A stretch of 64,000 nt of DNA from an uncultured Solirubrobacteraceae bacterium (GTDB taxonomy: Bacteria; Actinomycetota; Thermoleophilia; Solirubrobacterales; Solirubrobacteraceae), in assembly GCA_964588985.1 (NCBI GenBank), contig CAZPQW010000018.1, positions 1-64,000 of the forward strand, written 5' to 3'. Shown here piece by piece: positions 47,324 through 56,507 of the stretch. A program made the position numbers and the translations under genes. The notes under the pieces were generated by a model. The model searched no databases. It worked only from the letters and a program-made list of their open reading frames with translations, and had not been told where the DNA came from. How positions within the stretch are numbered: position 1 is the first letter of the stretch; the number at the start of each line of letters is the position of its first letter.

Positions 47324-48233
47324 GGGTGGGTCCCAGGTTTAGGCGCTTGCGGGTGAGAACCAGCAGGGCGCCGATGAACAGGGCTATAAGCAGCGAAACG
47401 GCGGCGCCGCGCGTGTACTGCGCGCCCTGGAAGAAGTTCACCACGAGGTTGCCGATCATCACCCCGCGCGTGCCGCCGACGATCTGCGGCGTCAGGTACT
47501 CGCCGATCACCGGCACGAACACGAAGATCACCGCCGTCGTCATCCCGGGCCGGATCTGCGGCAGCAGGATCTTGACGAGCGCGCGACGGGGCGAGGCGCC
47601 GAGATCCATCGCGGCGTACAGCAGCCGCCAGTCGAAGCGCTCGAGCGCCGCGAACAGCGTCAGCGCGGCGAACGGGAAGTACAGGTAGACCAGCACGAGG
47701 ATCACCGCGGCGCGGTTGTAGAGCAGGAAGCCGAGCGGCCCGCCGATCAGCCCGATGCCCTCGAGCGCCTTGTTGAGCACCCCGCTCGGGCCGAGGATCG
47801 TCGACCACGCGGTGACGCGCAGCAGGTAGCTGGTCCAGAAGGGGATGATGATCAGCGCGAGCAGCGGCCGCCGCCGCGCCGGGCTCACATAGCGGGCCAG
47901 CCAGTAGACGAGCGGGAACGCCGCCGCGATCGCCAGCGCGGTCGCCAGCGCGGCGACCCACAGCGTGTCGAGCATCGTCGCCACGTACGTCGATGTGCCG
48001 AAGAAGTAGGTGTAGTTTTCGAACGTCCAGTGGTGGACGACGTTGTAGTTCTCGACCGTCCAGAAGCTGTAGAGGACGATCAGCACGATCGGCGCCAGGA
48101 AGAAGCCTCCATAGAGCACGAGCGCCGGCGAGAAGCCTGCGTAGGCGCGCCATCCCTGCACGCGCCTACGCAGACCCTCCCTCGCCGAGCCCGCCGATGC
48201 GGAGGCATGCATCGGTTGGGCTGCCGAGCTCAA
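47313..48233 (-). CDS. ABC transporter permease, PotB-like
   Basis: IIPFWTSYLLRVTAW, AAMDLGAS, MIGNLV; start TTG 48233 or ATG a few codons later. Confidence 0.9.
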   Translation of the reverse strand: MSSAAQPMHASASAGSAREGLRRRVQGWRAYAGFSPALVLYGGFFLAPIVLIVLYSFWTVENYNVVHHWTFENYTYFFGTSTYVATMLDTLWVAALATALAIAAAFPLVYWLARYVSPARRRPLLALIIIPFWTSYLLRVTAWSTILGPSGVLNKALEGIGLIGGPLGFLLYNRAAVILVLVYLYFPFAALTLFAALERFDWRLLYAAMDLGASPRRALVKILLPQIRPGMTTAVIFVFVPVIGEYLTPQIVGGTRGVMIGNLVVNFFQGAQYTRGAAVSLLIALFIGALLVLTRKRLNLGPTHGT

Positions 48234-48234
48234 C

Positions 48235-49341
48235 TCAGACTCCGAACACCTGGTTGAAAGCGTCGATGTAGGCCTGCTCGTTGCCCGAGGGTCCCTTCAG
48301 GTGCATTTCCAGGGCGCGCTCCGGCGTGTTGTAGAAGAGGCCGTCCGCACGGTCCTTGTACCCCTGGTTGACGAGCAGCTTGTAGGCCTGCTCGTTGAAC
48401 AACGGACGCCCGTTGGCGATGAAGTTCTGGGCGATCCACTTCGCCTGGGCGATCGAGTTCATGAACTGTGGGAAGCGGTTGCGGTGCTTGGAGGCCTTGA
48501 CGATCTGCTCGCCGTCAATGAAGCCGACGACCCCCTCGCTGGGCGTAGCCATCTTCACCGTCGGGCCGCCCGCTTCCTTGACGCGGAACTGGGTCCCGAG
48601 GTTGCAGATCACCATCGCCGCCGAGCCGTCGGCGAGCGCCCGGACGGTTTCGGAGTTCTGCGAGACGAGCTTCAGGAACGCGGGCTTCGCCGCCTTCAGG
48701 AACTGCTGGGCTTTGGCGATTTCCGCGGTGCTCATATTGTACGGCTGCTTCGAGCCGGTCGCCAGGCCGGCCATCGCCATCAGGTCGGCGGGCTGGTTTT
48801 CGGCGACGACCTTGCCGGCGTACTTGGCTTCCGTCAGGACGTGCCAGGAGGTCGGCGCGGGCGAGACCTTCGCGGGGTCGTAGTAGATCTGCACGGTCGA
48901 CCATCCGTTGGGGTAACCGAGGTAGCCGCCGCCCACCTCCCAGAAGGGGAACGAGCGCGCGAGCGGGTAGAGCTGCGAGGACGCCGCGATCGAGTTGATG
49001 TCGAACGGTTCGTTGAGGCCTTCGGAGTGGTACTTCTGCATCCACAGCGCGTCCGCGGAGACGACGTCGTACTGCGAACCGGTCTGTTTGATCTTCAGGA
49101 AGCCGTCCGAGTCTTCGTTCTCGAGGCTGGGTCGGGCGGTGATGCCGGTTTCCTTGGCCACCGCGGCCAGCTGCGCCGGCAGGTAGTGGTCGTTCCAGGT
49201 CTCCCAGTTGAGCGTCACCGCCCCGGTCGCCGAGCCGAGGCTTTTGCTCGAGCCCCCGCAGGCCGTCAGGTAGAAGCCAACCGTTCCCAGCGCACCGAAC
49301 TTGAGCGCGTCGCGACGCGTGAGTGTTCTTTCGTCCTGCAT
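48235..49341 (-). CDS. ABC substrate-binding Tat lipoprotein, PotD/PotF-like
   Basis: TRRDALK twin-arginine, LTAC lipobox, PTSW..L, PSEG. Confidence 0.85.
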   Translation of the reverse strand: MQDERTLTRRDALKFGALGTVGFYLTACGGSSKSLGSATGAVTLNWETWNDHYLPAQLAAVAKETGITARPSLENEDSDGFLKIKQTGSQYDVVSADALWMQKYHSEGLNEPFDINSIAASSQLYPLARSFPFWEVGGGYLGYPNGWSTVQIYYDPAKVSPAPTSWHVLTEAKYAGKVVAENQPADLMAMAGLATGSKQPYNMSTAEIAKAQQFLKAAKPAFLKLVSQNSETVRALADGSAAMVICNLGTQFRVKEAGGPTVKMATPSEGVVGFIDGEQIVKASKHRNRFPQFMNSIAQAKWIAQNFIANGRPLFNEQAYKLLVNQGYKDRADGLFYNTPERALEMHLKGPSGNEQAYIDAFNQVFGV

Positions 49342-49356
49342 GCTCGACCTACCCCC

Positions 49357-50424
49357 TTACCGTGTTGTTTCGAGCAGCGTGGCGTCGCCAGCTGCCCACG
49401 TGACCAGCACCACCGATTCGTCCGCGAACTGCTCCGCGTCCGCCCTTGTGACCGCTGCGGCGAGCTCGGTTCCGAGCCGGTCGCAGCGAATCGTCAGCCT
49501 CGTGTGACTGCCCAGGAACGAGCGCTGGATCACGCGGCCCCTGAGGCCCTCGCGCGACTCCGCCCGCTCGAGGACGGTGATCGCCTCCGGGCGCACGGCG
49601 AGCACCGCCTTCTTCCAGCGCTCGCCGTTCACCTCGCAGGCCAGCGCACTGCCGTCGCCCGCCAGCACGGTGCCGTCCTCGCTCAGCGACACCTCCACGA
49701 AGTTCGACTCGCCGATGAAGTCGGCCACGAAGCGCGAGCCGGGGCGCCGGTAGATCTCCTCCGGAGTGCCGACCTGTTCGAGGCGCCCCTCGTGCATAAC
49801 GGCGATGCGATCGGCCATCGCCATCGCCTCGTCCTGGTCGTGGGTCACGAACACGAACGTGGTTCCCACCTCACGGTGGATGTTGGAAAGCTCGATCTGC
49901 AGCCGCCGCCGCAGCTTGAGGTCGAGCGCGCCGAGCGGCTCGTCGAGCAGCAGCACCGCGGGCCGGTTCACCAGCGCCCGTGCGACCGCTACCCGCTGCT
50001 GCTGGCCGCCGGAGAGTTCGCTGGGCCGCCGCTCACCCTGTTCCTCCAGGCCCACCAGCGCGAGCGCGTCGGCGACGCGCTCGTCGATCTCCGAGCGCTT
50101 GACCTTGTTCATCGCAGGCCCGAACGCGACGTTGTCGCGCACCGTCATGTGCGGGAACAGGGCGTAGCTCTGGAAGACGGTGTTGACGTTGCGCCGGTGC
50201 GGAGGGATCTCGTTGGCGCGCCTGCCGGCGATCAGGATCTCGCCGCCGCTCGCCTCGACGAACCCGCCGATCAGGTTGAGCGTCGTCGTCTTGCCGCAGC
50301 CGGAAGGGCCGAGCAGGCAGAAGAACTCGCCGTCCTTGATCTCCAGGTCGATCGGCTCGAGCGCCACGTGCTTGCCGTAGCGCTTTTCCACGCCGCGGAG
50401 CTCGATCGCGTTCTCGCCGCTCAC
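49357..50424 (-). CDS. ABC ATPase, PotA-like
   Basis: GPSGCGKTT, VFQSYALFPH, LSGGQQQR, LLDEPLGALD, VTHDQ; GTGA overlap with lacI-family stop. Confidence 0.92.
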   Translation of the reverse strand: MSGENAIELRGVEKRYGKHVALEPIDLEIKDGEFFCLLGPSGCGKTTTLNLIGGFVEASGGEILIAGRRANEIPPHRRNVNTVFQSYALFPHMTVRDNVAFGPAMNKVKRSEIDERVADALALVGLEEQGERRPSELSGGQQQRVAVARALVNRPAVLLLDEPLGALDLKLRRRLQIELSNIHREVGTTFVFVTHDQDEAMAMADRIAVMHEGRLEQVGTPEEIYRRPGSRFVADFIGESNFVEVSLSEDGTVLAGDGSALACEVNGERWKKAVLAVRPEAITVLERAESREGLRGRVIQRSFLGSHTRLTIRCDRLGTELAAAVTRADAEQFADESVVLVTWAAGDATLLETTR

Positions 50425-51473
50425 GCGATCGCCTCTCCGAGCGAGGAGGTCGCGTCGTACTCGCATCCGCAGGATCGCCGCAGCACGAGCTTCACCTCGA
50501 TCTTCGACTCGCTCCAGGTCGGCGTGTCGGCGTCGATCGCCGCCAGCAGCAGTCGCGCCGCCTCCGAGCCGATCGAGCGCGTGTCGTAGGAGATGGCGGT
50601 CAGCGGCGGCTCCAGCAGCGGGGCGAAGTAGACGTCGTCGAAGGACACGAGGGCGAGGTCCTGGGGTATCGACAGGCCGGAACCGCGGGCGGCCGCGAGT
50701 GCGCCGAGCGCGATCTCCGCGCTGGCCGCGACGATCGCCCGCGGACGCTCTCCGTGCCCGAGCAGCTCCACCGCCCCGCGGTAGCCGCTCGCGATCGTCC
50801 AGTCGCAGCTGCGCACGATCTCGGGGTCGACCGCCAGCGCGTTCGCCGCCATCGCGTCGGAGAAGCCGCGACGACGCTCTTTGCCGCTCGAGCGATCCTC
50901 GGGACCGGAGAGGTAGCCGATTCGGGTGTGGCCGTGTGAGGCGACGTGATCGACGAGCAGGCCGACCCCGCGCGCGTTCTCCAACACCACGTTGCCGACG
51001 CCCAGCCCCGGCAGCAACTCGTCGACACACACGCAGGGCGTGGAACCGAGCACCTCCTCGAGCGGCTCGGCGCCGACCGGCGCGGTTGACAACAGCAGCC
51101 CATCGACTTCCTGGTCTACGAGTGTCTGCAGCGCTTTGCCGACTCGCTCGCTCTCCTCGCCGCTGTCGACGAGGATCAGCCGGTAGCCGTGCTCTTCGAG
51201 CATCGCCTGCGCTCCCTCCGTGACGCCGGCGTAGAAGGCGTGTGAGATGTTCGGCACGACGAGCCCGATCGTCAGGGACCGTCGCGTGCGAAGCGAGCGA
51301 GCAACTGGCGAAGGGCGAAAGCCAAGCTCCTCTGCCGCGCGCCGGACGGCGAGCCTCGTCTTGTCGGAAAGCTCCCCGCGTCCGTTCAGCGCTCGCGATG
51401 CCGTCGCGATCGACACGTTCGCGCGACTGGCGACGTCTGCGAGCAGTGGGCGACGAGTCTCGGTCGAGTGCAT
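50421..51473 (-). CDS. LacI family transcriptional regulator
   Basis: LADVASRANVSIATASRALN HTH; IPQDLALVSFDD. Confidence 0.93.
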   Translation of the reverse strand: MHSTETRRPLLADVASRANVSIATASRALNGRGELSDKTRLAVRRAAEELGFRPSPVARSLRTRRSLTIGLVVPNISHAFYAGVTEGAQAMLEEHGYRLILVDSGEESERVGKALQTLVDQEVDGLLLSTAPVGAEPLEEVLGSTPCVCVDELLPGLGVGNVVLENARGVGLLVDHVASHGHTRIGYLSGPEDRSSGKERRRGFSDAMAANALAVDPEIVRSCDWTIASGYRGAVELLGHGERPRAIVAASAEIALGALAAARGSGLSIPQDLALVSFDDVYFAPLLEPPLTAISYDTRSIGSEAARLLLAAIDADTPTWSESKIEVKLVLRRSCGCEYDATSSLGEAIA

Positions 51474-51479
51474 AGGCGC

Positions 51480-51515
51480 GAGATCGTTTGCGCAAACGGT
51501 TGCGCAAACGATTGC
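51480..51515. promoter_or_regulatory. Tandem LacI-type operators
   Basis: Abutting 12-mers gagatcgtttgc / gcaaacggttgc / gcaaacgattgc, each with central CG. Confidence 0.7.
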
Positions 51516-51554
51516 GGCATTTTATACATTGCCGTATCTAAACGTCAACCCCAG

Positions 51555-53420
51555 TCAGCGATGTCGGATGAGGCGGACGTGCCGCGTCTCGATCTCTGAG
51601 GGAGCCGGCGATGGCTCTACGAGCCTGAGGCTCGCCCACAGCCTGCCGTGAGCTGCCTTCAAGAGCGCCCGGCCAGCCACGTCGAGCTTGAGTCCGATCG
51701 TGGCGGTCGTGCCAGGAGCGATGGCAAAGGTCGCGGTCCCGATTTTCTCCACCTTCGTGCGGTGTCGTCGGCGGTGTGTCCTCACGCTCAGCGCGAGGCG
51801 GCCGACGCATCTCGTCGTTCCCGCGCAGGACAGCCTGACCACTGCCCGACCGTTCCGATGAACGACGATCGCGGAGCCGACGAGCGACACGCGGGCACGT
51901 GGCACCGTCGTCGTGCGGTGCGGAGTTGGCGTGGTTCCGGCTGCCATCAGGCGGGTGTTGCCGAATTCGTCCCAGTAGCGCCCGAGCGCGGCACACGATC
52001 CCATCGCGGGACAGGCCAACATTTCGAGTTCGGCTCGGTTGCCAGATTGGCGACTTGGCACATCGAAAGGTGCGGTGATTTCGCTCGCCTGCCCCCATTC
52101 GCCCTTTGTCTCACCCACCGCCATCGCGTTTGGACCGAGGGTGTCGCTGTATTCGCCTGTTGCCACACACGAGTCCGACCCGGCGCACGCGACATATCGC
52201 AGCTCGGCGCTCGCCCTGCTGCCCGCAGCGGACGGCGGGGCGATCTCGCTCGCCCGACCCCAGATGCCGCCCGAGGCGCTCACCGCCACCGCATATCCTC
52301 CGCCTGACGAGCTGGTCTCGTCGTAGCCAACCGCGAAGCACCGCCCCGATCGAGGACACGCGACCGAGCGCAAGGTCGTCGATTTCGCCAGCGGGTTCGG
52401 TGGCGGCGAAATCGGGCTCGCGGTGCCCCACTTGCCGTTGGACTCGCTCACCCCGACGGCCAGGCCCCCGGAGCCCATGCCGACCGCGACGCACGGTCCC
52501 GAGGCCGGACATGCGACGGAGTAGAGGCGAACGTCAGCTGCGCTTTCGGGCGTGGACGTGATTTCACTGGCTGGCGCCCAGACGCCGTTTGACTCGGTCA
52601 GCCCCAACCCGCGCTGCTGATGCGAGACGTCGGTGTAGTCGCCGACGGCGACGCAGGGCCCCGAGGCCGTACATGCCAGAGGAGCCAGTTCGACGACGTA
52701 GTTCGATGCGTCGTTGGCCGGCAGGGAGATCTTCTGTGGCTGGCCCCACACCCCGTTCGACTCGCTCACGCCCATCACCCGCACCGACCCCGAGCGGCCG
52801 GTGCCGAGCGCGACACACGAGCCGGGGGCCCGGCATGCGATCGACCGCAGAACGACCCCGGGAATCTCGATCGCCTGGCCCCACACTCCGCCCGACTCGC
52901 TCACCGCCATCGCCTGATCTTCATCCGAGCTGTCGAGGTACTCCCCGATCGCAACACACGAGCCGGACGCTGGGCAGGCGACCGAATCGAGTCTCGCCTC
53001 GGTGAAGAGAGCATGACTCGATGGAGGCGTCACCTCGACCGCCTGGCTCCACACGTCACCGCCGGTCTCGCCCACCACCATCGCGTTCCCTCCGGTTGCT
53101 TCGCCGGAGCCATACGCTCCTACCGCGACGCACGCCCCGGACGGCGGACACGCAACAGCGTCGAGTCGCCCGAACATCTGCGGCCCGGGGAAGCGGAACG
53201 GTCCGAAGAACGCATTCGCCGGCAACGCGACCCCGGTCGAAGGACCAGGGGGTAGAGACGCCGCGTCGGCGCTTGCGCCGCACGACACTACGATCGCCGC
53301 CACCACGGCGAGGACCCGTGCGCCCGCTGCGAGGCGACGGCGCCGATTCGAACCACGCGCCTGCGTCCCCCCATACGACCAGTTGCGATTGTTCGATCGC
53401 GACACTGACCGCCTAAACAT
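51555..53420 (-). CDS. Secreted protein with eight Cys-pair repeats (likely beta-propeller)
   Basis: Eight L.xxACxxxx.CxAxG units followed by G.W; basic C-terminal domain; start uncertain. Confidence 0.75.
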   Translation of the reverse strand: MFRRSVSRSNNRNWSYGGTQARGSNRRRRLAAGARVLAVVAAIVVSCGASADAASLPPGPSTGVALPANAFFGPFRFPGPQMFGRLDAVACPPSGACVAVGAYGSGEATGGNAMVVGETGGDVWSQAVEVTPPSSHALFTEARLDSVACPASGSCVAIGEYLDSSDEDQAMAVSESGGVWGQAIEIPGVVLRSIACRAPGSCVALGTGRSGSVRVMGVSESNGVWGQPQKISLPANDASNYVVELAPLACTASGPCVAVGDYTDVSHQQRGLGLTESNGVWAPASEITSTPESAADVRLYSVACPASGPCVAVGMGSGGLAVGVSESNGKWGTASPISPPPNPLAKSTTLRSVACPRSGRCFAVGYDETSSSGGGYAVAVSASGGIWGRASEIAPPSAAGSRASAELRYVACAGSDSCVATGEYSDTLGPNAMAVGETKGEWGQASEITAPFDVPSRQSGNRAELEMLACPAMGSCAALGRYWDEFGNTRLMAAGTTPTPHRTTTVPRARVSLVGSAIVVHRNGRAVVRLSCAGTTRCVGRLALSVRTHRRRHRTKVEKIGTATFAIAPGTTATIGLKLDVAGRALLKAAHGRLWASLRLVEPSPAPSEIETRHVRLIRHR

Positions 53421-53468
53421 GCAGCTGGGACTGAAGTTGCGCCGTCCAGTCCCCTCCCCGGCGGGGCC

Positions 53469-53843
53469 CTACTCCACGGGTCGATACCCGGAGCACAGCA
53501 CGCGCATCCACACGATCCGCCCGTCGCGCTCGGAGAGGTAGGCCTGCTGCTCTAGCACGAACGGCCCGTCCACGTTGGTCCCGCTGAAGCGGTAGCCGAC
53601 TCGTTCGCGGTCGGCGAACGCGTCCGTCTCGAGCCGGTCGAGCGTCTCGATCTCGTCTGAGTCCTTGAACCACTTCTGCAACACCTCCGAGACCACCGTC
53701 TCGGGGTCGCCCGCCTCCCAGTCGCGGCGCGGCGTCAGCGCGCGGAACTCGATCTCTGGATCCATCAGCTCGGCGACCCGGTCGAAGTCCTTGGCGGCGA
53801 GCGCACGCGCGAACGTTGCGCCAAGAGTCTGCTGTTCGGACAT
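53469..53843 (-). CDS. NTF2/SnoaL-like protein
   Basis: FARALAAKDF..PEIEFRALTP..DGRI. Confidence 0.72.
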   Translation of the reverse strand: MSEQQTLGATFARALAAKDFDRVAELMDPEIEFRALTPRRDWEAGDPETVVSEVLQKWFKDSDEIETLDRLETDAFADRERVGYRFSGTNVDGPFVLEQQAYLSERDGRIVWMRVLCSGYRPVE

Positions 53844-53874
53844 GTGGCGAGTATCGCGCCCGTCAGGCGGGTCG

Positions 53875-54627
53875 TCAACCCACGTGTTCGACCATTACCG
53901 GCCCCGGACGCAGGACATCGGGGTCGTGGCCGGGCATGACCGTGAGGCCCGCGTCGCGCATCGCGCGCAGGCGATCCGCGGAGCGTCCCTGTTGCTCGTG
54001 ATCGTCGGCGAAAATCGGAAAGCGGCGGTCGTCGAGACCGGTAGCGAAGTGGGCCACATCGGCGCCGAGCACCACGTCGCCGACACGAACAGATTGGTGA
54101 CCGGGCGTGTGTCCAGAGGTGAGCAGCAGCTCGACGCTGCCGTCGCCGAGGAGGTCGCAATCTCCGTCGACCAACACCACCTCGCGGCCAGCGCCGGCGT
54201 AGTCGCGCGGTAGGTAGACGTTGCGCTGGACGGCCGCGTCGTCGTGCGCTGCCTCCCACTCGGTGCGCTGAACCACGACGGGCACGGATGCGGGGATGAG
54301 ATGCAGTCCGCCGACGTGGTCCCAATGCAGGTGCGTCAGCACGACCTTCGTCAGCGTCCCCACATCGATCCGCTCGGCAACGCTCTGCTCCTGCTCCATG
54401 GAGAACACCGAGAAGATATCCGGCCGCTCGTAGAAGGAGGCCGGATCCGCGATCGCCTCGGGGTTCAGCCCGGTGTCGATCAGGATCCGCTCGGTCGCCG
54501 TCTCGACCACGTACGCGGGCACGGGGTATCGAAACTGGCGATCCATCTCCTCGCCCCTGCGCAGGATCCCGGCTGGAGCTGTGAACCAGCCCACGTCGAG
54601 CATCTCGATCTTCACGGTGTCCTCCAT
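53875..54627 (-). CDS. N-acyl-homoserine-lactonase-family metallo-beta-lactamase
   Basis: LIDTG, THLHWDHVGG, GHTPGHQS, GADV, PGHD. Confidence 0.85.
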   Translation of the reverse strand: MEDTVKIEMLDVGWFTAPAGILRRGEEMDRQFRYPVPAYVVETATERILIDTGLNPEAIADPASFYERPDIFSVFSMEQEQSVAERIDVGTLTKVVLTHLHWDHVGGLHLIPASVPVVVQRTEWEAAHDDAAVQRNVYLPRDYAGAGREVVLVDGDCDLLGDGSVELLLTSGHTPGHQSVRVGDVVLGADVAHFATGLDDRRFPIFADDHEQQGRSADRLRAMRDAGLTVMPGHDPDVLRPGPVMVEHVG

Positions 54628-54701
54628 CGCTCGTCGGGTGAGCAAGCACCGTAAGCGCCGCCGCGATACGAGATGCGACCTGTTGGATATGGTTTGCGAC
54701 A

Positions 54702-55643
54702 ATGCGCGTTGGCATCGCCGTCCCTCCTGGCTGCTTTGACTCGGGCCTCGCCGTGCTGCTCGACGTGTTGCGCGCGGCCGACGCGCTTCGCCCCCAGGTC
54801 GACGCGGCGATCGACCCGATCGAGATCACGCTGATCGGCGGCGCCACGCGCACCGTCACCGGCGCGGGCTTCTCGATCGCGGTCGACAGGCGCGTCGGCG
54901 AGAACTCCGCGCTCCACGATCTCGACGTGCTCACCGTCCCGGGTCTCGGGGCGAGCACCGCTTCGGCACTCCAGGACACGCTCGCGAGCCGGCCACTTCG
55001 AGAGCTGCGCGGGTGGCTCGCCGATCAACACGAGGGCCTACCGCTCGCGGCTGCCTGCACCGGCACGTTCGTGCTCGCCGAGGCCGGCCTGCTCGACGGC
55101 CGCACCGCCACGACCACCTGGTGGCTCGCGGGAGAGTTCGCCCGCCGCTACAAGCGCGTCGAGCTCGACATGTCGCGCATGGTCATCCACAGCGGCCCCG
55201 TCACCACCGCGGGAGCGGCGTTCGCGCACATCGACCTCGCGATGAGCCTCGTCTCCCGCGCGAGCCCACGCCTCGCGGAGACGGTCGCGCGCTTCATGCT
55301 CGTCGACAAGCGCCCCGCGCTCAGCGTCGAGACCGCGATCGCCCACCTCGCCGACGCCGACGCGCTCGTCACAGAGTTCGAGGAATGGGTGCGCGCCCAC
55401 CTCGACCAGGAGGACCTCAACGTCACAGCCGCCGCGCGCGCGATCGGAACGACCCGACGGACGCTCGAGCGTCGAACCCGCGTCCGAACCGGAGATACCC
55501 CCCACGCCCTGATCCAGCGCCTGCGCGTCGAGCGAGCCCGCCACCTGCGGCGCACGACGAGCCTCAGCTTCGAGCAGATCGCGCCGCGCGTCGGCTACAG
55601 GAACGCATCGACTCTGCGGGCGCTTCTGCGCCGAGCGGCGTGA
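54702..55643 (+). CDS. GlxA-family regulator (DJ-1/PfpI + AraC HTH)
   Basis: [24 protein letters not shown]; C-terminal IAPRVGY. Confidence 0.9.
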   Translation: MRVGIAVPPGCFDSGLAVLLDVLRAADALRPQVDAAIDPIEITLIGGATRTVTGAGFSIAVDRRVGENSALHDLDVLTVPGLGASTASALQDTLASRPLRELRGWLADQHEGLPLAAACTGTFVLAEAGLLDGRTATTTWWLAGEFARRYKRVELDMSRMVIHSGPVTTAGAAFAHIDLAMSLVSRASPRLAETVARFMLVDKRPALSVETAIAHLADADALVTEFEEWVRAHLDQEDLNVTAAARAIGTTRRTLERRTRVRTGDTPHALIQRLRVERARHLRRTTSLSFEQIAPRVGYRNASTLRALLRRAA

Positions 55644-55695
55644 ACTTCGGAGGGACTACCCTCGACACGTGCACCGACGCCAACGAGCAGGAAGC

Positions 55696-56478
55696 GTGAC
55701 CGCGACCGCGCTCGTCCTGTGCCTCGCCGCATGCGGCGGGACCACCACGCCGGCGACCGCGCCGCAGCCCTCGGCCTTGACGTCTGTCGCCACCACGGCG
55801 AGCGCCGCCACGGGCTCGATGAGCCCGCCAGCGACGGAACCAGCCTCGAGCCCACCTGTCACCAACCCGCGGACCCCTGCCCCAATCCCCGCCTCACTTC
55901 CCCAGCGCCCGCCGATCGTCCAGGACCCGATTCCGTTCGGGGCAAAGCGCAAGGCCGAGATGGTGGCCTATGCGCAGCGGCACTACGGCCTCGACACCTA
56001 TCGCCTGGTCGATCCGCACGTGATCGTGATCCACTTCACCGAGACGCCCGACTTCCAGTCGACGTTCAACACGTTCGCGCCCGACGTGCCCGACCCGGAG
56101 TTGCACGAGCTGCCGAACACGTGCGCGCACTTCGTGATCGACAAAGATGGCACTATCCACCAGCTCGTCCCCTTGGGCGTCATGTGCCGCCACACGGTGG
56201 GGCTCAACTGGACCGCGATCGGCATCGAGCATGTCGGCTACAGCGACGCCGAAGTGCTCGGAGACCACGCGCAGATGCGCTCGAGCCTGCGACTGGTCAG
56301 CTGGCTGCGCTGCCGCTTCCACATCGCCGTCGCCAACGTGATCGGCCACAACGAGAGCCTCTCGAGCCCCTACCACCACGAGCGTGTGGCGCGCCTGCGG
56401 ACGCAGACCCACAGCGACTTCAACCATGCGGACATGACGATCTACCGCAAACGACTGCGGGAAAGCCGCTCCTGCTAG
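55696..56478 (+). CDS. N-acetylmuramoyl-L-alanine amidase (Amidase_2) lipoprotein
   Basis: LAAC lipobox; IVIHFT, AHFVID..G.IHQL, IGIE, IGH. Confidence 0.85.
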   Translation: MTATALVLCLAACGGTTTPATAPQPSALTSVATTASAATGSMSPPATEPASSPPVTNPRTPAPIPASLPQRPPIVQDPIPFGAKRKAEMVAYAQRHYGLDTYRLVDPHVIVIHFTETPDFQSTFNTFAPDVPDPELHELPNTCAHFVIDKDGTIHQLVPLGVMCRHTVGLNWTAIGIEHVGYSDAEVLGDHAQMRSSLRLVSWLRCRFHIAVANVIGHNESLSSPYHHERVARLRTQTHSDFNHADMTIYRKRLRESRSC

Positions 56479-56507
56479 AGCACGCGACGTGAGAGGCTGT
56501 CACTCTC

